64,000 nucleotides of DNA from Macrostomum lignano. Lineage: Eukaryota. Location: contig NIVC01000032.1 of NCBI GenBank assembly GCA_002269645.1, positions 124,001-188,000 on the forward strand. Reading direction: 5' to 3'. Both the position numbers and the translations under genes were made by a program. The notes beneath the pieces were generated by a model that saw nothing but the letters and a program-made list of their open reading frames with translations, was not told the origin of the DNA and made no database searches. Below are positions 8,906 through 17,100 of this stretch, piece by piece; the first letter of the stretch is position 1; every line of letters starts with the position of its first letter.

Positions 8906-9204
8906 TGGGATTTCAATCGCTAGATTTTAAGAACTTCAAATTTCAAACATAGGATCTTGTGGGATTTCAAACATGGGATCGTGTGGGATTTCAAACATGG
9001 GATCTTGTGGTATTTCAAAAAGAGAATCTTGGAATTTTAAATATGGGATCTTGGGATTCCAAATATAGGATCTAGGGACTTCAAATATGGGATTTTGGGA
9101 TTTCAAAATGGGATTTTTGGGACTTTAAATATAGGATCTTGTGGGAGTTCAAATATGGGATCTTGGATTTTTAAGTATGGGATCTTAAAATTTCAAAGAG
9201 GATC
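8906..9204 (+). repeat. Degenerate ~22-24 bp tandem array, inverted relative of the 11310-12200 array
   Basis: Best copies are GGGATTTCAAACATGGGATCGTGT (8961-8984) and GGGATTTCAAACATGGGATCTTGT (8985-9008). The reverse complement of the 25-bp intronic unit is GGGATTTCTAAAGATGGGATCTTCT. Confidence 0.75.
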
Positions 9205-9365
9205 AAGAAATATATGGACGACATCTAGGGATTTTAGAGCAACATGCAGTGAAATAGATGCAGATCTATGCATCAGGGGAATGATTCTTAGAATTTCGGA
9301 AGAGACAGTCATCCGCTGAGGAATATTAAAAAATACAGAATCATAAATACAGTCTGGCTTTCGAA

Positions 9366-10025
9366 TCACCAGGAGCCGCGTCGCTGATCGATCTGATCGC
9401 TGCAGGGCGACAGCAACGGCGATTTCTCGTTGTCGTCGACATTCTGTCGTCGCGTGCATTTGGTCGCCGCCGCTACCGCCGTAACCGCCTCCGCTGCCTC
9501 TCGCAGCTCCTCGTCAGTGGGCGGTGACGCCGCCGCACCTGACATCGGCGGCGGCGCCCTGGGCGGCGTCGAAGTGGCCGGCGACGCCTCACCACCGAGG
9601 TTGCCGATGTCGTTGTTGTCGTCTTCGCAGCCGACGCTGATGCCGCGGCGAAAATGTCGATCGTTGCGTCGACGCCGAGGATCCAACGTGGAGCGACGCT
9701 GACGCGTGGGCAACAGCCGGTGTCGGTAGCCTCCGACATCCGACGATGGCGTCCGACAACCGTCGACAAAAGAGCCTGCGGCTCCGGCTTGCATTGAGCG
9801 CTGCCGCTGCAGCTGCAGCAGGCTGGTGGCACGAAGGAACGACACTGAGCGACGTCGGAATGGCACCGGTTGGACAAGCGTTGCGGCGGCTGTGGCGGCG
9901 CCTGCGGCTGTCGATACGGCGGTAACGGCATCGACTGTGGCAGCGGCCGCGGCGCTGACGGCCGTGCGACGGTGCAATCGCTTCTGGTAGCGCTGGATGA
10001 GCACGAACACTAGGAATAGGGTCAT
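9366..10025 (-). CDS. SLC18B1: SLC18B1-like MFS transporter, last coding exon (end of TM12 plus ~200-aa cytosolic tail)
   Basis: Acceptor CTCAG| at 10026, phase 0, matching the upstream donor. Reads MTLFLVFVLIQRYQKRLHRR (hydrophobic helix end plus basic stop-transfer), then a low-complexity tail ending DNEKSPLLSPCSDQIDQRRGSW*; TGA at 9368-9366. Confidence 0.75.
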   Translation of the reverse strand: MTLFLVFVLIQRYQKRLHRRTAVSAAAAATVDAVTAVSTAAGAATAAATLVQPVPFRRRSVSFLRATSLLQLQRQRSMQAGAAGSFVDGCRTPSSDVGGYRHRLLPTRQRRSTLDPRRRRNDRHFRRGISVGCEDDNNDIGNLGGEASPATSTPPRAPPPMSGAAASPPTDEELREAAEAVTAVAAATKCTRRQNVDDNEKSPLLSPCSDQIDQRRGSW

Positions 10026-10710
10026 CTGAGGTCACAGGGTGAGGGTTGTAGGTTAGCGATGTGTAGGCAGGGTCATCTGAGGTCACGGGGTGAGGGTTGT
10101 AGGTTAGCGATGTGTAGGCAGGGTCATCTGAGGTCACAGGGTGAGGGTTGTAGGTTAGCGATGTGTAGGCAGGGTCATCTGAGGTCACGGGGTGAGGGTT
10201 GTAGGTTAGCGATGTGTAGGCAGGGTCATCTGAGGTCATGGGGTGAGGGTTGTAGGTTAGCGATGTGTAGGCAGGGTCATCTGAGGTCACGGGGTGAGGG
10301 TTGTAGGTTAGCGATGTGTAGGCAGAGTCATCTGAGGTCATGGGGTGAGGGTTGTAGGTTAGCGATGTGTAGGCAGGGTCATCTGAGGTCACGGGGTGAG
10401 GGTTGTAGGTTAGCGATGTGTAGGCAGGGTCATCTGAGGTCACGGGGTGAGGGTTGTAGGTTAGCGATGTGTAGGCAGGGTCATCTGAGGTCATGGGGTG
10501 AGGGTTGTAGGTTAGCGATGTGTAGGCAGGGTCATCTGAGGTCACGGGGTGAGGGTTGTAGGTTAGCGATGTGTAGGCAGGGTCATCTGAGGTCATGGGG
10601 TGAGGGTTGTAGTTAGCGATGTGTGAGCAGGGTCATCTGAGGTCACGGGGTGAGGGGGGTGTAGGTTAGCGAAGTACATGTATGAGCAAAGAAGGGTCAT
10701 CTGAGGTCAC
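10019..10710. repeat. 51-bp intronic minisatellite whose unit is the 3' splice site (12 near-perfect plus at least 2 degenerate copies)
   Basis: Plus-strand unit GGGTCATCTGAGGTCAYGGGGTGAGGGTTGTAGGTTAGCGATGTGTAGGCA starts at 10019, 10070, 10121 ... 10580; degenerate copies at 10630 and ~10694. Confidence 0.95.
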
Positions 10711-10959
10711 GGGGGAAGTAGATTAGGGTAGGTAGATTAGGGTTTTAGATTAAGGGATCCATGGACAGGGTCATCCGATCGAGGTAACATGCTTTATGTG
10801 TGCGTGCGGGAACACAAAACTACGGGTTAACTGAGGTCAAGGTGGCAAGCACACGCTCCAAGAAACAGAGAACCAAGGGGTCATCCAAGGTCACGAGAAA
10901 TTAGTCCCAGTTCGGAACAATAAAACAAAAAATAAACAACCCGTGCACAACCGCATTAC

Positions 10960-11053
10960 CGATATCAAAGAGAGGCCAGCCCCTGCGGTGGTGGCCCAGC
11001 CAAACGAGGAAATGTCAACCAGAAAGCCGCCAGCAATGGGACCGACAAATTCG
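10960..11053 (-). CDS. SLC18B1: SLC18B1-like transporter, internal exon (TM11-TM12)
   Basis: TTTTCAACAG|C GAA TTT GTC GGT CCC ... ATA TCG|GTAATG; 94 nt, phase 2 in, phase 0 out; EFVGPIAGGFLVDISSFGWATTAGAGLSLIS resembles SLC18B1 AFMGPTLGGFL...GFEWAA (recalled sequence). Not in the ORF track. Confidence 0.85.
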
Positions 11054-11173
11054 CTGTTGAAAGATTTTGAAAATCAAATTATAGTTCGATAATTACAAAA
11101 CTAATGCATAGTAGATTATCACTACTCAAAAATGAATAAGTAGCAAGCAGCGAATATGATTTATAAATCTTAC

Positions 11174-11248
11174 CCGAACGCGTAGGCCGAGCCCCACAGA
11201 CCGCCAATCGCTCCGTGAACGGACACGTCGTCTGGAAGGCCGGCTTCT
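11174..11248 (-). CDS. SLC18B1: SLC18B1-like transporter, internal 75-nt exon (loop plus TM11 start)
   Basis: AATTTTCAG|A GAA GCC GGC ... TTC GG|GTAAG; phase 2 in and out; (E)EAGLPDDVSVHGAIGGLWGSAYAF(G) resembles SLC18B1 ENGFEEGLSTLGLVSGLFSAMWSIG (recalled sequence). Not in the ORF track. Confidence 0.85.
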
Positions 11249-11309
11249 CTGAAAATTGGATAATAATAATTACAATTATTTTCCAACATTCCATCTTTAG
11301 ACATCTCAG

Positions 11310-12200
11310 TAAGATCCGATATTTAGAAATCACAAGAAGATCTCATCTTTAAAAATCCTAGATCCCATCTTCAGAAATCCCTGAAGATCCTATCTCAAGA
11401 AATCCCAGAAGATCCCATCTCAAGAAATCCCCAGAAGATCCCATCTTAGAAATCCCAGAAGATCCCATCTCAAGAAATCCCCAGAAGATCCCATCTTTAG
11501 AAATCCCAAAAGATCCTATCGTTAGAAATCCGAGAAGATCCCATCGTTAGAAATCCCAGAGAAGACGCCATCTTTAGAAATCCTAAAAGATCCCATCGTT
11601 AGAAATCCCAGAAGATCCCATCTTTAGAAATCTCAGAAGATCCCATGTTTAGAAATCCCAGAAGATCCTATCTTTAGAAATCCCAAAAGATGCCATCTTT
11701 AGAAGTCCCAAAAGATGCCATCTTTAGAAATCCGCAGAAGATCCCATCTTTAGAAATCCCAGAAGATCCCATCTTTAGAAATCCCAGAAGATCCCATCTT
11801 TAGAAATCCCAGAAGATCCCATCTTTAGAAATCCCAGAAGATCCCATCTTTAGAAATCCCAGAAGATCCCATCTTTAGAAATCCCAGAAGATCCCATCTT
11901 TAGAAATCCGCAGAAGATCCCATCTTTAGAAATCCCAGAAGATCCTATCTTTAGAAATCCGCAGAAGATCCCATCTTTAGAAATCCCAGAAGATCCTATC
12001 TTTAGAAATCCGCAGAAGATCCCATCTTTAGAAATCCCAGAAGATCCTATCTTTAGAAATCCGCAGAAGATCCCATCTTTAGAAATCCCAGAAGATCCTA
12101 TCTTTAGAAATCCCAGAGAAGACGCCATCTTTAGAAATCCTAAAAGATCCCATCGTTATAAATCCCAGCAGATGCCATGTTTAGAAATCCTGGATATCTA
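11310..12200. repeat. 25-bp intronic minisatellite with a local 25+26 bp dimer
   Basis: Unit AGAAGATCCCATCTTTAGAAATCCC is near-perfect at ~11735-11900, alternates with AGAAGATCCTATCTTTAGAAATCCGC (51-bp dimer) at ~11890-12110, and degenerates at both edges. Confidence 0.9.
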
Positions 12201-12270
12201 AAAATACCTTTCGTGAACTAACCAAACCCCATTTAGATTTCGATGACATTTCAAAGAAAGCTGCACTCAC

Positions 12271-12661
12271 TCGGCAGCATCGAGCATATACTCATAGCTC
12301 GGCACGATGCCCATAGAGTTGAACAAGCCCAGCAGAGCCAGTGACACAATAATCAGAGCCAGACTGCCAGTCGCGCTATCCGGCGCGTTATTAGTGAACA
12401 ATGGCGACGGGCCCAGCATGGCCAAGCAGGCGGTGCAGCCGGCTAAACTGGCAAGAATCAAAGGATTTAAATCGTTAATCCGCTCCGTAATCCAACCGAA
12501 TAACGGGGCGGATAAAGCGTAGGATGCGGCAGTCAGTAGGAAGACTAAACCGATGAGCTGAGGACTCAAGTTGTAGCTGCCTAAGCGAGGCTCCAGCACC
12601 GGCTCGAATATTGACCAGCCGGTTCCCAGCACTATTACTGTCCAGCACATCATGAGGATGC
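12271..12661 (-). CDS. SLC18B1: SLC18B1-like transporter, internal exon (TM7-TM10)
   Basis: CTCACCAG|GC ATC CTC ATG ... GCC GA|GTGAGT; 391 nt, phase 1 in, phase 2 out; [60 protein letters not shown]...LGPSPLF...[11 protein letters not shown] matches SLC18B1 FLDPTL...VGLVFL...SYAISSPLFG...LGP...IPTF. Confidence 0.88.
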
Positions 12662-12694
12662 CTGGTGAGGTGGGGTGGGGGAAGCTGGCTGCTG

Positions 12695-12695
12695 C

Positions 12696-12761
<66 letters not shown>

Positions 12762-12831
12762 CAGACAGACAGACAGACATAGACAGACAGACAGACACTA
12801 AGACAGGCAGACAGACAGACAACATACAACC

Positions 12832-12864
<33 letters not shown>

Positions 12865-12895
12865 CTTAGACAGACAGACAGACACTAAGACAGGC

Positions 12896-12928
<33 letters not shown>

Positions 12929-12970
12929 CTAAGACAGACAGACAGACAGACAGACAGACAACAGACAACC

Positions 12971-13003
<33 letters not shown>

Positions 13004-13102
13004 CAGAGACAGACAGACAGACAGACAGACAACAGACAGACAGACATAGACAGACAGACAGACAGACACTAAGACAGGCAGACAGACAGACAACATACAA
13101 CC

Positions 13103-13167
<65 letters not shown>

Positions 13168-13178
13168 CTAAGACAGGC

Positions 13179-13215
<37 letters not shown>

Positions 13216-13218
13216 CTA

Positions 13219-13252
<34 letters not shown>

Positions 13253-13359
13253 CAGACAACCAGACAGACAGACAGACAGACAGACAGACACTAAGACAGA
13301 CAGACAGATGGACAGACAGACACAGATAGACAGACAGACACTAAGACAGACAGACAGAC

Positions 13360-13394
<35 letters not shown>

Positions 13395-13456
13395 TAGACA
13401 GACAAATAGACAGACAGACAGACAGACAAATAGACAGACAGACAGACAGACAGACA
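12695..13456. repeat. Interrupted (GACA)n microsatellite filling an 813-bp intron
   Basis: (GACA)n with CTAA, CAACCA, CATACAAC, GATA interruptions; a ~270-bp internal duplication (CATAGAC at ~12778 and ~13045; CATACAAC at ~12823 and ~13094). Confidence 0.95.
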
Positions 13457-13474
13457 CAAAATCCGAGAGCTCAC

Positions 13475-13921
13475 CAGGCACCCTCAGCAGGGTGAAGTTG
13501 GACACCTGTCCGTGATGAGACTCTGCATCAGACGGGATGAGCGGCCAGCTGAGCGGCACAGTGAGCAGGTAGATGCCGCCCAGCACAAAGAAAGGCAGAC
13601 CGAAGCCGCCCCAGCCGTACAGAACGCCGCCAACAGCCGGTCCTAGTACGGCGCCAATGCCGCAGAAAGTCTCAGCAATGCCAAACACCTGAGACACGTT
13701 GTCGCCAAACTCTTGCGCTATGATAACAAACGCGGCGGTTGTATAGGAAGCGAAGCCCCAAGCTGTGGTTATTCGTATTGCAAAGCAATAAATAATGAAC
13801 ATGAGACCGCCGTCCCGGCTAGGCATATGATCCAAGGCGCCAAATAGTATAGTGGCGCAACCGCCTAAGAAGGCGCCAGATAGGAAGAGGAACTTCACGC
13901 CGGCAGGCTTCATCATGGCGC
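13475..13921 (-). CDS. SLC18B1: SLC18B1-like transporter, first exon visible in the window (TM3-TM6)
   Basis: CATTTTTTAG|GC GCC ATG ATG AAG ... CCT G|GTGAGC; 447 nt, phase 1 in and out; AGVKFLFLSGAFLGGCATILFGALDHMP...CFAIR...ETFCGIGAVLGPAVGGVLYGWGGFGLPFFVLG closely matches SLC18B1 IGAKFMFVAG...TILFGVLD...ETFSGLGLILGPPVGGFLY...YEVPF (recalled sequence). TM1-2 and the start codon are not in the window. Confidence 0.9.
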
Positions 13922-14102
13922 CTAAAAAATGAGATTCAGTATGAATTTTGTTTGCTTTTTTAAAATTAAGGTAGCAATTTACTTGTACTGTTTTTTACTG
14001 TTAGTAGTTCAGTGAAAAATAGATTTTTTTAAATATACTCAAGTCCTTTGAAACTTTACAATAACAATCCGGCCCGTTCTTAAGGTTTATGTCTTTTCTC
14101 AG

Positions 14103-17100
14103 CTCTCTGGGGAGATGCTATCTGGGGATGCTTGCTATCTGGGGAGATGCTATCTGGGGATGCTTGCTATCTGGGGAGATGCTATCTGGGGATGCTTGCT
14201 ATCTGGGGAGATGCTATCTGGGGATGCTTGCTATCTGGGGAGATGCTATCTGGGGATGCTTGCTATCTGGGGAGATGCTATCTGGGGATGCTTGCTATCT
14301 GGGGAGATGCTTGCTATCTGGGGAGATGCTATCTGGGGATGCTTGCTATCTGGGGAGATGCTATCTGGGGATGCTTGCTATCTGGGGATGCTTGCTATCT
14401 GGGGAGATGCTATCTGGGGATGCTTGCTATCTGGGGAGATGCTATCTGGGGATGCTTGCTATCTGGGGAGATGCTATCTGGGGATGCTTGCTATCTGGGG
14501 AGATGCTATCTGGGGATGCTTGCTATCTGGGGAGATGCTATCTGGGGATGCTTGCTATCTGGGGAGATGCTATCTGGGGATACTTGCTATCTGGGGTAAT
14601 GCTATCTGGGGATACTTGCTATCTGGGGAGATGCTATCGGGGGATGCTTGCTATCTGGGGATGCTTGCTATCTGGGGATGCTTGCTATCTGGGGAGATGC
14701 TTGCTATCTGGGTGGATGCTTGCTATCTGGGGAGATGCTTGCTATCTGGGGGGATGCTTGCTATCTGGGGGATGCTTGCTATCTGGGGGGATGCTTGCTA
14801 TCTGGGGGGATGCTTGCTATCTGAGGGGATGCTTGCTATCTGGGGAGATGCTTGCTATCTGGGTGGATGCTTGCTATCTGGGGAGATGCTTGCTATCTGG
14901 GTGGATGCTTGCTATCTGGGGAGATGCTTGCTATCTGGGTGGATGCTTGCTATCTGGGGAGATGCTTGCTATCTGGGTGGATGCTTGGATTGCTTGCTAT
15001 CTGGGGGATGCTTGCTATCTGGGGAGATGCTTGCTATCTGGGGATGCTTGCTCTCTGGGAGATGCTTGGATTGCTTGCTATCTGGGGAGATGCTTGGATT
15101 GCTTGCTATCTGGGGAGATGCTTGCTATCTGGGGATGCTTGCTATCTGGGTGGATGCTTGGATTGCTTGCTATCTGGGGATGCTTGCTATCTGGGGATGC
15201 TTGCTATCTGGGGATGCTTGCTATCTGGGGATGCTTGCTATCTGGGGATGCTTGCTATCTGGGGATGCTTGCTATCTGGGTGGATGCTTGGATTGCTTGC
15301 TATCTGGGGATGCTTGCTATCTGGGGAGATGCTTGCTATCTGGGGAGATGCTTGCTATCTGGGTGAATGCTTGGATTGCTTGCTATCTGGGGATGCTTGC
15401 TATCTGGGGATGCTTGCTATCTGGGGAGATGCTTGCTATCTGGGGAGATGCTTGCTATCTGGGGAGATGCTTGCTATCTGGGGAGATGCTTGCTATCTGG
15501 GGATGCTTGCTATCTGGGTGGATGCTTGCTATCTGGGGAGATGCTTGCTATCTGGGTGGATGCTTGCTATCTGGGGGGATGCTTGCTATCTGGGGAGATG
15601 CTTGCTATCTGGGTGGATGCTTGCTATCTGGGGAGATGCTTGCTATCTGGGTGGATGCTTGCTATCTGGGGAGATGCTTGCTATCTGGGTGGATGCTTGG
15701 ATTGCTTGCTATCTGGGGGGATGCTTGCTATCTGGGGAGATGCTTGCTATCTGGGGATGCTTGCTCTCTGGGGAGATGCTTGGATTGCTTGCTATCTGGG
15801 GAGATGCTTGGATTGCTTGCTATCTGGGGAGATGCTTGCTATCTGGGGATGCTTGCTATCTGGGTGGATGCTTGGATTGCTTGCTATCTGGGGATGCTTG
15901 CTATCTGGGGATGCTTGCTATCTGGGGATGCTTGCTATCTGGGGATGCTTGCTATCTGGGGATGCTTGCTATCTGGGGATGCTTGCTATCTGGGGATGCT
16001 TGCTATCTGGGGATGCTTGCTATCTGGGGATGCTTGCTATCTGGGGATGCTTGCTATCTGGGTGGATGCTTGGATTGCTTGCTATCTGGGGATGCTTGCT
16101 ATCTGGGGATGCTTGCTATCTGGGGAGATGCTTGCTATCTGGGGAGATGCTTGCTATCTGGGTGGATGCTTGGATTGCTTGCTATCTGGGGATGCTTGCT
16201 ATCTGGGGATGCTTGCTATCTGGGGAGATGCTTGCTATCTGGGGAGATGCTTGCTATCTGGGGAGATGCTTGCTATCTGGGGATACTTGCTATCTGGGTG
16301 GATGCTTGCTATCTGGGGAGATGCTTGCTATCTGGGTGGATGCTTGCTATCTGGGGGGATGCTTGCTATCTGGGGGGATGCTTGCTATCTGGGTGGATGC
16401 TTGGATTGCTTGCTATCTGGGGGATGCTTGCTATCTGGGGAGATGCTTGCTATCTGGGGATGCTTGCTATCTGGGGAGATGCTTGCTATCTGGGGATGCT
16501 TGCTATCTGGGTGGATGCTTGCTATCTGGGGAGATGCTTGCTATCTGGGTGGATGCTTGCTATCTGGGGGGATGCTTGCTATCTGGGGGGATGCTTGCTA
16601 TCTCGGAAGAGGCTTGCTATCTGGGGATGCTTGCTATCTGGGGAGATGCTTGCTATCTGGGGAGATGCTTGCTATCTGGGTGGATGCTTGCTATCTGGGG
16701 GGATGCTTGCTATCTAGGGGGATGCTTCCTATCTCGGGAGATGCTTGCTATCTGGGGATGCTTGCTATCTGGGGAGATGCTTGCTATCTGGGTGGATGCT
16801 TGCTATCTGGGGAGATGCTTGCTATCTGGGGATGCTTGCTATCTGGGGGATGCTTGCTATCTGGGGAGATGCTTGCTATCTGGGGATGCTTGCTATCTGG
16901 GTGGATGCTTGCTATCTGGGGAGATGCTTGCTATCTGGGGGGATGCTTGCTATCTGGGGGATGCTTGCTATCTGGGGGGATGCTTGCTATCTCGGGAGAT
17001 GCTTGCTATCTGGGGATGCTTGCTATCTGGGGAGATGCTTGCTATCTGGGGATGCTTGCTATCTGGGGATGCTTGCTATCTGGGGAGATGCTTGCTATCT

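Noticed and set aside
9430-10616. ORFs 9430-9702 (+), 9473-9931 (-), 9589-10596 (-, MTSDDPAYTSLTYNPHP repeats), 10059-10616 (+)
   Set aside because: Shadow frames of the GC-rich last SLC18B1 exon and read-throughs of the 51-bp minisatellite; the splice-phase-consistent frame is 9366-10025.
8906-12230. A single foldback transposon with the two inverted arrays as its arms
   Set aside because: The enclosed DNA comprises three in-phase host exons continuous with exons outside the right arm; no TIR or TSD found at the outer edges.
12475-13474. SVCL / QTDR repeat ORFs
   Set aside because: Translations of the (GACA)n microsatellite inside an intron bounded by canonical splice sites.
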